From NCBI GenBank assembly GCA_003971905.1, contig RSEE01000105.1:124001-188000 (forward strand): a DNA stretch of 64,000 bases, written 5' to 3'. This document shows, piece after piece, positions 50,728 through 64,000 of the stretch. Origin of the DNA: Moniliella sp. 'wahieum' (taxonomy: Eukaryota). The number at the start of each line of letters is the position of its first letter. The first letter of the stretch is position 1. Below the pieces are notes generated by a model, which was not told the origin of the DNA, searched no databases, and saw only the letters and a program-made list of their open reading frames with translations. Made by a program: the position numbers and the translations under genes.

Positions 50728-51839
50728 TAGTCAAACCACTCGGACACGCGTGTTCAACGCAACGTTGGGCGCTGGTCTTGGGCCGCGTGGGCTGCGCTAA
50801 GGCGCACGTGACCCAAGCGAATATCCTAGCTGGTTGCCATCGTCTCTTCCTATAGGGCTACGGGCACTGCGCTTCGCCTACAGATTCGCTTCATGTATCG
50901 CGCATCTCCTGTTCCATGTCCAGCCCTGCTCCTCTACCGGCCCCCTAATACAGCTCACAAAGCAGATGATGGTGCCCCGTCAGAAGCTCCTCGATGGGTA
51001 CATGATGGCGTGCTGCTTGGCCCCCGAGGGCGGAGGGGGCTATTGGAACCTGAGCATTGGTGCAAACAAGCACCTGTCGTCGTGATGGAAGGGCCGAAAC
51101 GGTGAGGACTGTCGAGCGATGGGGTGGCTCGCCCAGGGTAAGGCCAGTGGCGGGGGCGATGAGCATGTGGGTAGACACATGATGGGATCATTTAGGAAGC
51201 AGCGTTATCGTTAATAGTATGTTCCAACGACATATTAGAGGTACAGGTGATGGGGCTGTGGTTGAGCGCTCGGCTGAGCAGTTTATCGAGAGACCGAATG
51301 TGAAGAGATGCGTGAACATTTAATAGGATGAACGTCTTTACGAGTGATTCTCTCCTGCGTAGACGGACTGTACCTCTCCCAAGGGAAGTTACCCCGGGGA
51401 TGCACACACCGTAATGAGGTAGTGGAGGAAAACGTGTGCTGTGGTATTCCACAGAGACTGCACTATCGTCGTCGTTTTGGATTGACTGCAAGTACACTAT
51501 GCACACCAGTGGCCTCTCCCTCTGTTTGGTGCTTGTGGGCTCTGTTCTCTGCTTGCTCTGCCTCGCTGGCGCCGAACGTCCAGACAGGCCGCAGGCAATC
51601 GCTTGAGGACGAGCGTATTTAGTGTGGCGGTGGCGATCGCTTAGGGGCCACGCTCACTAAGGTTGTTGCAAAAAGCAATCATGGACCCCGTGTCGTCCGC
51701 TCCGACACAGGAGTGCACTGCACCGACACCTGACAGCGCATCAGAATGGTGGCATCGGCCTTTTGGTCGCCGGTGGCCAGCTCAGCCAGGGCTCAGCCGA
51801 AGCCCGCACTGCTTCATGACACATGTCGTGCCCCAGTCT

Positions 51840-54800
51840 CATGTGGCATGCGACATGTGACATGGGATGCATGATGTGGCATGTCACCATGTCACCTGCC
51901 ACGTGGATCCTAGATCTCGTGCTACGTTGTGCTACCCCCTCGATGTGGCTATGCCGATCCAAATATGCTTGAAGCTTGAAGCTTGACGCGTGACGGACAG
52001 CCATCCTGCGCATCCTGGGCGTCCGGGGGCGTTGGATGTTGTGACATTTGGCACTTGACAAGCACGGCATGTGGCTCTCGTGTTGTCCAGGTTTGTTCCT
52101 GCTGGTCCCTGCTGGTCCCTGTTGCACCCGGCCGCTAAGCGCACGGTTGCCCGGGTACCCCTCCTTGGCGCACAGCCCCAGGGAGTCCCAGCGCTTGCCA
52201 GAAGCGCCAACAGGTAACCTGGCTAACAAAAACGTCCCTCCGAGCTTCCCCATGTCTTCGGCATACCATGGGAATATCAACTGACACAGTGCCGACAGCT
52301 TGGTCGGATGCATGATGCATGATGGATCTGATATCGGCGTGCATCGAGTACCGAGTATCCGAGCATCGAGCAGCATTGGCATTGGGCGGTGATGTGACTG
52401 GTGACTCAATCACCAATGATTAATGACGCGGACGAGCGTGTGATATTATCTCCTGGCTACCCTGCGAGGAGGGAAGCACGTTGCAGCGGGCGAGGAAAAG
52501 TGAGTGACATGCATGTGACATGTGACATGTGAATGTGATCAGTTCGATGGGTGGCATTATTTGCATGAATTGCATTATTCGTAACGCGCAACGTGCACCG
52601 CGGGATTGTCGGGATTAATGATTGCACGTTTCACCCAACCGGCAAGGGTTTCGAATGCCATGTTTTGAGAATGCAATGGCAGCTTGCAGCACGCAGTGCT
52701 CTTATTGGGCGGTGCAATGCATCCGTGCCGTAGAACGGTTAGCGTTACTATGTTTACAGTTACTAGTGTTACCTTTTAAACGTTCCTAGATACTAATGGT
52801 ATTTTTACGCTTTCACGCAAACAAACACCTTTCAGATGTGCCGATGAGATCGATAAGCCTGAGGACTCTTAGATCTTATCGATTCACGCGCCCCAAACTA
52901 CAGCAACAACCCATTTATTATCTCTTTGTGGCACAATAACTTTGGTCTTTTGTTTGCGCGGCAGCAGCCGTTCTATCAATGCAACCCGCGTAGTACAAGT
53001 GACTTTCGGTGTCCATGTCATATAGTGCATGGCGCATTATTCAGCAAGACCAAAACATCCCAGAAGAGAGGCCATCTTCTGGCAGCTACACGAGAGAAGC
53101 CCCAACCGATCCTAAAAGTTCGTACCCTATACCTTCCCGGTGCCTGTTGCCCTTCCCAGGAGAGGGAGGGCTAGCTCCATCCACTATTGACTACACCGTT
53201 GAGATATTAGATCAGAGCGAACTGTGTTGAGAGAGAGTCATATATCGTCGGTGACGCGGTGACGTTTTGCGAAAAAAAGGATTGATGAGTCGATCGATTG
53301 ATGGATGGCATTCACTTTTTGCGATTGTAATAGACCGCACATGAGATGTGTGGATGCCACACACCTGTGTAGTCCGGGTGGGCAAAACAAAGATATCTAT
53401 ATGTATCGCACGGCAGGAAAGCTCTGATTGACACGTTGAACGTTGACGCGTTGACGTATCGCCGGTCCGGCGAGGACGTATTTGAGACACAAAACAGAGC
53501 TGCCAACGCTCAAAGGTGCGTCGAGGAGAGACCATTGCATGACCTCCCCGACCACTGCAGGAACATTAGGACAGTGTTCCTGATCGATGGTCGCTGCTCC
53601 ACAGGCTCCGCATATGTTTCAGCTGTAGAACACGCACTTAATCTGGGTACTCGAGGCTCAGATCTCAGACTTGAATGATCTGACTTGTAGATGACAGTTA
53701 AATGCATTACACACACATGCGCTCCAGTGGAGGCTAGGGAATAGTCTTGTCCTCTTCATCAGGAGGGAACATCGGAAGGTATATGAACCGACACGAGGGG
53801 AACCGGGCTTGAGCTATCGGCCACACACTTGAGGCACCTTGGCCTGTATATGGACCTCTGCCTCTGTAGATCCACAGGCTCTTATCGTACCCCCTCTTCG
53901 GAACGGAGTCCTGAGTTCAGTACTGAGGGTTCTAACTGAGAACTGATGACTGATGTACAACTGCCTGAGGCCTCAGCCTGAGGTATAATCGATAATCGGT
54001 AAATGTTTCCTGAAAAATGCACACCTGAGTTCTGAGATGGCGCTTCCACTTGCGAGGCAGTTCATGCATCATGCTTCATGGGACTGCGACAATGCCCAGA
54101 TCGATCATCGATCATCGGTCATTCTTTGACATCTGTCAGTGATGCATGATGCATGATGCGTTTCGAACTGCAGCTGTCGCACGTCGAATGTCACAGGTCA
54201 CATGCATCACGCGTCATTCATCATGCATCATGCATGTCAGTGTACTCAGCGTCAGCGTCAGCGGGGGCCCGGCACTGTACACGTCCAAATGGCACACATG
54301 CTGAACAGGCAAATGCTTGTGACATGGATCACGCAGCATGCTGATCGATGCATGACCGGTGATTTCCCGATGCATGACGGCGCTGCAAACAACCATGTCT
54401 CACACCAACAAACATGCCGGCGCCACACGCCACCCCTTAGCCACCGGTCACTCACGCGGAACCATGAGCCTTTCAGCCCAACGTTCAACACCAGAGCTGA
54501 GCTGAGGTGGCCGGTGGACGTACCGCGTAATAACATTGTGCTGAATTTGGAATTTGCACGCGCCAGAGCGGACAGCGTGGGCTCCCCTTTGGTCTACCCG
54601 GCTGTGCCCTCCGTCCAGTGCCCACTATCACTAGTCCCTGGAGGGCTGGAGTGCATGTGGACTGCGTACCGAACGCATCAATTTGCAAGGACGGCGCTAA
54701 TCGCTAATCACTTGGTAGTCACTACTCAGTCGCCATTATTCCTGGGGTACCAGCCATTGGTACATAAGTGTTTTTGGTTACGAATAGCAAGGAACATATG

Positions 54801-57570
54801 AACGTTGAACCGGTCAACCTGCCAGCAAACGTCAAACACCAGTACTCGCATCAGTGCATCAGCGTCGTGACATGTCACATGTCACACGCCACGCGCGTCA
54901 CCTATCTCATTTCCAAGCGCAGGTGGGCAGTGCTGTGCAACCCTTCGAGTCCGACCCGCGCCTGGCAGTTCAAGTTGAACGTTGAACGCTGACCGGTGAT
55001 GGGTTGAATTGACGTTTAACGCTAACGTGTAACGTGTAACGCTTACCGGGTACCATTATACCATTGCCATTGCCATTGCCATTGCCATTGCCATTGCCAT
55101 TGCCATTGCCATTGCCATTGCCAATTCCAATCGCATTCACATGCGTTGTGAAAGAAAAGCCCAGGGCGCAGAATTCGTGGCGTGAAACATGTACCAGCGC
55201 GTAACCGGGTAAAACCCGATCATCGATCATCGATAATCGACAACCCCCTTCTCTCCCCATTTTCCATGCGAGGCGCGGCCAATTACTTCGAGCTGCAAGC
55301 TACAAGCTCCAATATTCTAATAACACTCATGTGTGCGGTGCACGATGCTGTTGGCGGGGCGAGGGGGGGGGGGTCGCCGGTGGAGTATGTTGCCAGGCAG
55401 CAATGAATTGAATGGCTGCCCTTTTGAAGTACTGTACTATAGCCTCTCCACTTGTGATGGGTGACGACCTGTTAGATCTTAGATTAGCGCTTAGCCTGGC
55501 AGTCCTTCCTACCGCGTCTCCTTGATGACTATGATGTCTCCGATCGCCTCTCTTCTCGAGTACTTGACCGGTAACCGGTGACCCGCCTTGTCGCTCTTCG
55601 GCTCTAAGGTCGTTACCGCGTTACCGTCCAAAACGCTTTGTGTGTATCCGGATCCCGGTTCCCGTTTCCAAGCGTCGATCAACACACACTCTATGCTCGA
55701 GCCGGCCTCGAGGGGAGCGAGGCGCAGAAAAGGGCCCAGGGTGTTAGGCTCAAATTGTCAGATCTCATATCTCAGAAGATCTCACAGCCAGATTCTCATA
55801 TCTCAGATCTCAGACTTCTGCTGAGATATAGCGCCTACAAGGCTGAGGACCTATCGGGCTGCATTCCATACATACTGTCAGCGCGACAGCGCGTGTCGGA
55901 TCTCAGCGCTTCAGCGCACCGCCTCAGCCAACTTATATTACCGTCCCGCCACACAGTCGGTCCAACGTTCAACGTCATCAACGTTATTGATGATCGATTA
56001 TCATGCATCACGTATCAGCGTTTCACGTTGAACGACGTTGGGATCTGGGGCCAGAAAGCTCTGACTGAACTGAGCGTTTGCTGAGCAGCCCGAGCAGGGC
56101 TGGGCGCTCCGGCTCAGCACATCCAATATCCACCATGCGCAAGGAAGAGAATGCGAAATGCACCGCGCACTGCCAAGCTGGGACAGGAGCATGAAGCACA
56201 TCATGCGAGTTGTGACATGTGACAGGGTGCATGTGACATGTGACAGGGGGCTTGTTGACATTGACATATGCGACATGCGACTGACAGGATGGGACTCGCA
56301 TGGCGGGTGACGGTCACTGTGACATATGACGTGTGGCATAGATACCGAGTGCAGAATGCGGTATAGTCGGAAGAAAAGGTGGAAAGGGCTGGTAGGAAAA
56401 AAAGCGCTCTGCAAGCTGCAAGATTCATGGGTCGATCATCGATCATTCAACAAAAATGCATCTTTCGTGTGTGCGGCCGTTGGGACAGCGCCACCTCAGG
56501 CCTCTTAGATCTTAGATCTCTTAGATCTTACTCTCAGGCTGAGGATGCGCTGAGCGGCTGAGGAGCGCCGAGCTGGACCGAGATTGGATATTGATACGTC
56601 TCTGAGATCTGAGATCTGATGGCGTGTCACTGTGACATGTGACAGCGCGGGGGGACGGCGAGACGTGGAAGGATGCGGATGGCACATCTTCCCGTCACGC
56701 CCCAGCGCGTCAGTATTCAATATTCAATGCTTGTCCACGAGCAACGTGCAACGTGCATGTCACGTCAACGCGTCACCAGCCACACTAACGCACAGAATAA
56801 TGCCATCCACCGATCAGCCAGGATCATGCAGTACGTCAGTTCTTCGGTTCAGCGCTCAGCGACGCTCAGTGCATTCAGCACATTTAGTCCTCAGTTACTA
56901 GTTACTAGGGACTAGTCACTCGGTATGGAGTGGGTCAGCGTAGGACGTTCAACGTTCAACGTTCAAGCTTCCTCCGCGTCTACGTTTTTGCGTTCGGCGT
57001 ATACGTTCAGCACATGCAATTGAGCATGTTGATCGCGATGATGCACATGCATGCTGGATGTATCGAGTATCGGTCATCATGCATCAAGCTTCCAATGGAT
57101 CCAGTTGAGTTATCGATTATCGATAAATCGCGGTAACTGATCGAGGCTTTTTGTTCACCGTGTTCGATTCACACGACGGCAATACCATACGGTCCATCCG
57201 TGCTCGCCGTTCGCAGTAATACTCTTCGTACTCAGCTTGAAGGCTGAGTGTCACATGTCACAACGTCACGCGTCGTGCGCGTCATGCGTCAAAGCGCCAT
57301 GCCACATGCACATATTCACATGGCACCCGTCACACGTTGACACACAATGTCAACATGTCAATCGCGTCACCGGTTCCACCGTTCGACGTTCACCAAAAAT
57401 GTCACCCAAAAAGGGTTCGCTGGGGCGCTGGACCGCTGCAGCCTGGGGGCTGTGGTGGGGTGGGTACGTATCCCCGACACCGATCACCGATCATCGATCA
57501 TCGACCACCGCATGCAGCGTGCTATCAATTCAGGACAGCAGCTGAATCACCGGCATCACGCGTCATGCAT
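51840..57570. repeat. Second dense field of 7-bp-phased TNA-N4-TNA micro-arrays
   Basis: 51970 TGA-AGCT-TGA-AGCT-TGA-CGCG-TGA; about 52515 TGA-CATG-TGA-CATG-TGA; 54868 TGA-CATG-TCA-CATG-TCA; 55565 TGA-CCGG-TAA-CCGG-TGA; about 56603 TGA-GATC-TGA-GATC-TGA; 56949 TCA-ACGT-TCA-ACGT-TCA; 57110 TTA-TCGA-TTA-TCGA-TAA. Confidence 0.9.
55061..55123 (+). repeat. (CCATTG)10 hexanucleotide microsatellite
   Basis: Read directly from the sequence. Confidence 0.92.
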
Positions 57571-58110
57571 GCTGCACAGGCAATACGAATAGCATGAAAC
57601 CAAACACAACCGAGACAGCAGTGCGATGCTGCAGCCTCTCCCCCCGGCCGGCTGTGAGACACGGGCTGTGCAGCTGCCAGCCCCGATTGCCAGCTGCTCG
57701 GCTGAAACTCTGGCAACAAATTTGCACGGCACCCATATATATCTACCCATCCCATTCTTGCCCCACATCCTCCATCTTCCCTGTTGCGCCCCCCCACCCC
57801 CACCCCCGTCCCTCCACCCACCATCTCTGTCCACTTGTCTTTCTTCCAGCCGATCGCTCTGCCGCCTGCGCTGCACGCCCCCCCATCTCGCTCTACCTTG
57901 GACCTATGACACCTGTGGTATCTCTTGCAGTGCGTTTCAGCCCCGGACGCGCAAGTCCCCCTTCTCTGTTTGCTAACGTTTCTGCCTTTACTGCCGCTGC
58001 CATATCTTCTACCTTTTTCCCGCCAGGCCACGCCCGCCCCCCACAAGTCCGTTTATTGTCGACGCCGCCGGTCCCCGTCGCGCTCCCTCACCCCCCACCC
58101 TTTTGCCCGG

Positions 58111-59573
58111 ATGACCATGCCTGCTCCCAAAGACACTGCCAGCCGCTTTGCCCCGCCTTGGCAGTCACTCGGCACCCCTTCTACTGTTCCGCATCGCCCC
58201 CGCCTGCCCCACGGGCCGATCAAATTGGCAGGGTCCGACTCCCCCCACCCCTCTCTCATCGGCGCCAGGATCCAACCTTGCCAACCAAGGGGAATACATT
58301 GGCCAAGAGCGAGCGTTCCCCCCCGCGCTTGCCTGGAATCTCCTACATTGACCAATTCTTGCCTTCCAACTACTTTAGCCAGCGGCCCTCTGAGGCCGAC
58401 ATGGCCCGGGCCGAATCCGAGTCAACTGCGCCGGACGAGAACGGGCGGTCGCTCGCTCCTTTGCCCCTGCCTCTCGCTCTTCCTCCGAGGTGAGATGGGA
58501 AGGGCAAGGGTTAGGTCGCTGGGGGGCAAGGGGGGGAAGCCATTCCTTGCCCAACTTACCCTCTCGCACCAGCTCCAGCTCGAATGGATCGAGTACCAAC
58601 CCTCCACCATCAACGTACCTTACTTGCTCTCTCCCGAAACCACCACCAGCACAATCACCAAGCCCACTACCGCCGCAGCCCCCCGGCCTCCTCTCGCCTC
58701 TCACCTCACTCATCTTGCACCCCCTCTAGACTGGGGCGCAGTGAGCTTCCTCCCTACGCTCCAGGTCGTACCTTGCCCCCTCTTCTCTTCTTCTTCGGCT
58801 TCTGCCTCTGCCTCTGGTGCGCGGTACTACCCTACGCCATCGTACGACCGATTCAGAGGCACCTCTCATGAAGCAGGCTACACACGTCGATTGTCCGAGA
58901 CGAGCTATGGGGCACGCTCGATGCGAGGGGTGTACCCGTGTCACCCTATGGCGGCGAAGCTGGCTCTGGCTACGCATCCAAGGAAGGCGGTGCCTACCCC
59001 GACGCGGTCCATGGTCCCACCCGAACCCCTCACCCGCTTCTTCTGTACGACAAGCATCCTCTTCGCCGCCCGCGTCGGCTCGGTATTCCCTCGGCGTCGA
59101 CTTGGGCGTCAGCACACGACACCATCCCTACTTCGTCCTGCTAGCCCGGCCCGACCACGACGACGCAGCGAGCATCTGTTGTCGACGTGCATGGACGATG
59201 CTGGCTTGCCGGCTCGGGGGGGGCAGGGACCGAGGTGCCACCTACCCCCACCCCTGGTTCCTGGCCTCCCGTGGCCCCACCTCCGTCTCGGTCTCGGCCT
59301 CGGTCTCCCCCGTGGGTACGGGTGCGGGCGTAGGAGCGCCGCGCACGCGCCCTCCAAGCGGCGCGGCAAGTTGCCCAAAGAAGTGACGGACTTTTTGCGC
59401 ACTTGGCTGTTGGACCATGTGGATCACCCGTATCCCACCGAGGAAGAGAAACGCCAGTTGTGCGAGGCGACGCACCTGTCGATGAACCAGATCTCAATTG
59501 GTTTATCAATGCGCGCCGACGCATCCTCACCCCATTGAGCCGAGCGCCTCGGGCGAACAGGCTTGAAGCTTGA
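58111..59573 (+). CDS. TALE/KN-class homeodomain transcription factor (Cup9/Tos8-like); probable intron about 58490-58570
   Basis: KRRGKLPKEVTDFLRTWLLDHVDHPYPTEEEKRQLCEATHLSMNQIS[frameshift]NWFINARRRIL. The PYP insertion marks the TALE class. Stop TGA at 59571-59573 in the corrected frame. Confidence 0.87.
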
Positions 59574-60737
59574 AGCTTGATCTATCTATATCTTCTATGG
59601 CGAGCCATTCGTGCGTCTGTGAACCTACCTGTTCCTCTAGCATCTGTTTTTGTCATCTCAGTCCAGCACCCAACATCTCCCGCTCTCAGATCTCTTGCCG
59701 GCGGTTAATCTATACTATGAGAGAGATGGACCAGTGGCCGAATGCGCATGCACGCAGTTGGTAGCGCCATGCGAGGGTAGAGGGGGGGATGCGGCTCGGT
59801 GGGCGGGGGGCCGAGGGAGGGCGAGACAGAGGCGGTGGAGATGGAGATGGAGATGGTGGCGAGACGACAGTAGGGTTGCGAGGTCAGGCCTGCCTCAGGG
59901 GCGGTGGGGCAGCGGCGGGTGCGACAGGCGAAGATTAATTACACTACGTCCACTGCGTGTGGAGAGAGTGGGGTGACATTGGCAATCGCACGGCTGGCAG
60001 CCGCTGCGCCTGGTGTGGGTGCGCCTGCCGTGCCGCTGGACGCAGTGGTGCGTACGCCCCCCCGCGAGTTAGCAGCACGACGCACCGTGGGGCGCTGTGG
60101 TTCATGCAATGCCCGCGTGGGACCAGCCCCGCCTTGAGTAGGCGCGTAACGCGTAAGTCTGCAGACCAGCTGCGGCTCAGGGGCTTTGGCCGCCTGTGCT
60201 GGCCCCGCAATCCGGACTGCCAGCGTCCTGCGCTGCTCCACGCGTCTCCTGGCGCCCTGCCCGCTCCCTCGCCCCCCCACTCGTGACGTCACTGCCCCCC
60301 CTGGCTGGGCTCTCGACAGGGGTGTAGACAACACGGCCTCCGGCGCACGACGGGCGCCGACGGAGAGTGCCCGTTGCTGCTCGCCCGCCTCGGCCCGTGG
60401 TCAAGCTTCAAGCTTCAAGGCTGCGTGGAGGGCCCATCGGCCATCCCTCTCCGCGGTGAGACGCAGGCGGGGCATCCAGATGCCGACGTTTCAGCCCACG
60501 CACGTACAGCCACCCCCCCCCCCCGGCTCCCCCAACGCGAACCCCTCTCCCCAATCGTATCATCATCCTACTGTACGCGGTACGCTTCCCAGCCGCCGCG
60601 CTCTGCTCCCTCCGCCACTTTCACACCCCTCCTTCTGCCCCGCATTGGCCCCACACCCACTCTATAAGCGCCTGCGACCGGCCCCCATAAGCACGTGGCC
60701 AGCATACGAGCCTTCTCTGCTCTCTCCCTCCATCACC

Positions 60738-63555
60738 ATGCGCAACGAGATCAAGCAACTCGTCGACGTGCCTCTCGGCGACGGCCGGCCGTCGTCCCTC
60801 TTTTCTTCTTCCCTCTCCCTCCCGCATCCCATTCTGACCCATATAAGTGCTGTGCTGGCCAACACAGGAAACCTCACGCCGCAACAGGACACCCAGTTGC
60901 GGCAGCTATGGGCCGCGTACTTTGACTGGGTCGCCAATGCGTCCGGTTCGGCGAGAAGGCCGGCACAGCAGCTACGACAACCCTAGCTGATCCCGATGGC
61001 TCTGCTCCCAAGGGAGCCGCCAAATCCGACGAGGAGAACGAGGCGGCAAAGATCTTGCAGGAACGCAAGAACCTCGAGGCGCTGGTGGACACGTATGGTC
61101 CCGAGGCAATCCGACGCTCGCTCTGGGAGTTTATCCAGATGGACAATCCGGATGCGCTGTGCTCCGGTTCATGCGCGCGCGCAAGTGGGACAACCACCGT
61201 GCCATGGGCATGCTGGCCGGCTGCCTCAAGTGGCGCCTGGACAATGACGTCCAAGGATTGGTCTCCAACGGCGATTTGGGCAACAGCAAGACTATCCCCA
61301 AGTTTCTCGAACAGCAGACAGCGCTCAAAACGTACGCCATGGGCACGGCCATCAAGGCTGAACCCATCATCTACATTCATGTCGGTCGGCACTTTACCAA
61401 GGGCCAGCCACCGACTCGATGAACAAGTTTGTCATCTTTGTCATGGAAACCGTTCGCACCCTCATGGTACCCCCCGGCGACAAGGTTTGCATTATCTTCT
61501 CGCTAAAGGACTTTGGCATCAAAAAGTACGTTTGAACCCTCTGTCTCCTCCAGCCGCTCCCTCCCTCTTCCCTTTCTTTGATCTTGCCCATCTTCTTGGC
61601 TCGCCTGGATCGGACCCTGAAAACGACTGACGATTGTCCCTCCGCAGTATGGATTGGCACTGCATTCTGTTTATTGTGCAGTGTCTCGAGGCGTTTTACC
61701 CCGAGTGCTTGCGGGTCATGTACGTGCAAAACGCACCTTGGATCTTCTCTGGTATCTGGCGCATCCTTTCCCCCATGCTGGACCCCGTTGTGCGCTCCAA
61801 AATCAAGTTTGTCCGCACTGTCGCCGACGTTAGTGACAACATCCCTCCCGAACGCTACATCTCCGTCTTGGGCGGCAAAAACAAACAAGAGTTTCAATTC
61901 GTATGCCCCCGGATGAGAACGACAAGATTCGCGATACCAAGGTCAAGCCTGGGTTGGTGAAACGCTACGACGATTTGTCGCATGCATTTGAGCAAGCGAC
62001 GAAGCGCTGGATCGAGACCGAGGGAAAAGAGTACGTCCATCATCTCTTGGTGGTGCAGTGGGGGGGGGGTAGCTAACGTACTGCAATCGTACTTACTTTA
62101 TTGTCCCTTTGCCTGTGTAGCGCATCGGTGGGTGGAAGAACGGGCGTGCTGTTCCGCAAACTGCGCGTGGCCTACTTTGAGATGGAACCGTACGTCCGTG
62201 GTGGCAACCCCTACACTCGCACTGGCGTTAAGGACTCGTATGGCCGAGTGTGCTGGACGTACGTGATTGATGGGGTGGTGCGCAACACTTGGTAGGGCGC
62301 GGCCAATGCGCCCCGGCGTTGCGCCGCGAAATTTACGAGATGCAAGTCTTGCACCACCCTGTGGACCAGGTGGTTGCGAAGAGCAAAGCGGCAGAGAATG
62401 CGCGGGATTGGGTGGGCCTCTATGGTGACCCAGCAATTGCTGCCGAGGTGGAGGGCGAAGAGGAAGTGCCTGAATGGAGACCCCGGCGTGTTGATGGCGT
62501 CGAGATGGACTTCACAGCTGTCCCAGGCACTGAATCTGACGCGACAGACCCACCTTCTCGCACCGAGGTAGCCCACAAGGCACACGCACACTAAGAAGAG
62601 TCATCGTCGGTCCCATAAGAAGCACCACTCTGTCTCCTCTCCTCACTCCCCCCGCTCACAAGCCCGTGTCCGACTGGACCGAGACGGACGATCGACTCAC
62701 CTCGGAATCTGTTTCGTCTGAAGCGCATCATGGCTGGGAGTCTCCACCGTCCCCACTGACGGTGGCTTGACCGACCCTTCAACCAAGTCCGCTCTCCCGT
62801 CCCGCCAGCGCAGTGGCAAACTCAAGCCCAAACAAAAGGAACCCAAAAAGGCGACACAGTCCTCGTTCCAAAACGGTGACAGCTCAGACGAAGATGTGTT
62901 TCACGATGCGTTGGAGCCCGACGAGGCTTCGATGGCAATGGCGCGCAAGTATCAGCTGGCAACGTTGGAGGGCGCCTTGGCCGAATCCAAGTCCCGGTCG
63001 CGCTCCCATCAGCGTAGAACGTGGGCCCGTGGACCGAGCGTGTTTGATGAGCCCCAACACCCCGAATCGCACACCAAACCGCTTCCGCAACATCGTTCCT
63101 ACGTTGTGCAGCGCGCTATCACCGACCCTGTCGACTCGATTCGTGCCGTGTCCGGACGGGGGATCGGCCACCAGCTGGGATGGGTTTCCGTCAGGCGAGG
63201 CGAGTGACGCGTACTCTGGCCACCGGGGGTACTACAGTTCGGGCCGTTCCGGCCGCTCTGTCGTTGCTCTCTCTGGTCGGTCGGGCGGTCGGGCGCGGAA
63301 CGGAACGGTCGGAACCTACAGGGTATGGTATGGGGCGTACACCAACTACAACTACAACCCCGGTCCTCTTTCCTTCTGGGGACGAGCGCGTGGGCAAGGG
63401 GTCCGGTCGTCAGGCTGCTGTCGGCAAGGGGGCTACGCATGAGCAGCAGCAGCTATGCCTGGTCGACCGACGAGGATTCTAACTTTGGCCCCCACACTCC
63501 AACAAGCACGGCCGTCGCGGAGGCAGCATTCGTCGTGCTGCAGCAACCTGTTTAG
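60738..63555 (+). CDS. Sec14/CRAL-TRIO lipid-transfer protein (Csr1/Sfh-like) with long C-terminal extension; 3' end uncertain
   Basis: DNPDA.LRFMRARKWD...AMGML..CLKWR (CRAL_TRIO_N), then IIFSLKDFG.KN|MDW...LEAFYPECL...NAPWIFSGIWRILSPMLDPVVRSKIKF. GTACGT introns near 61527 and 62031. Confidence 0.85.
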
Positions 63556-64000
63556 CCGCAAGAAGTAAGTGGGAGGGGCAGGTTTGGACCATCATCTCAT
63601 CCCAACCGACTTGGGTCGAGAATGCTTCTCGACAACCCACACCCTTCTGCCTCCTCTTCTCTTATCCGCGATCTCCGTGTCGTGCTTCTACGATCTTCTC
63701 ATTTTCCTTGACGAACCCAATTGCTCGTACGAACTCACAGCAGCTTTTTTGCATGCTACGACGATACACCTTCTGATATCCTACCTGTGATGCTGATGCC
63801 CTTTTCAAACTGTGTTCCCTGTGGCCCTTGACGCTCCATTTTCCTTTCCATTTTCCATTTCCTCTGGCCTGCTGCGTGGTTGTCCCGTTCTCTACTGCCG
63901 TCAGGTTTCTTTCTAGTTACCAGTTGTCCCCCCGCGAACACTCTCTCGTTTGGTTGGACCGAGCCCCCCATTGGGCTTTGAGCGCGCGTTGCAGCTTCCA

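Noticed and set aside
58111..59573. Homeobox gene as a mating-type (b/HD) locus
   Set aside because: The sequence is a conserved Cup9/Tos8/KN-type domain at the C-terminus, and there is no divergently transcribed HD2 partner.

Overview
GC-rich, intron-containing fungal DNA, most likely a basidiomycete and possibly Ustilaginomycotina (inference from gene content, GTACGT/CTRAC/YAG introns and protein motifs). The assembly looks unpolished: frameshifts occur even in essential genes. Recognisable genes are a fungal Fe(II)/2OG-oxygenase-like gene, tRNA-Arg(ACG) with a 9-nt intron, a DUF4097/adhesin-like beta-repeat protein, two paralogous orphan genes, RPS21, RPS4, INO80, KGD1, two tandem F-box genes, an Nrg1-like C2H2 factor, BET3, a coiled-coil protein, a TALE homeobox gene and a Sec14/CRAL-TRIO gene. 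One LTR-like repeat family occurs about six times, and an element with long inverted repeats sits between the F-box copies. The most striking unexplained signal is a 7-bp 'TNA-N4-TNA' lattice throughout non-coding DNA: T-N-A triplets in exact 7-nt phase, separated mostly by palindromic 4-mers (GATC, AGCT, CATG, TGCA, ACGT, GTAC, GGCC, CTAG, TCGA, CGCG, CCGG). Phase is kept even when the spacer or the central base changes. Comparison of the repeat copies suggests the lattice is written into DNA de novo. All alignments and counts were made by eye.
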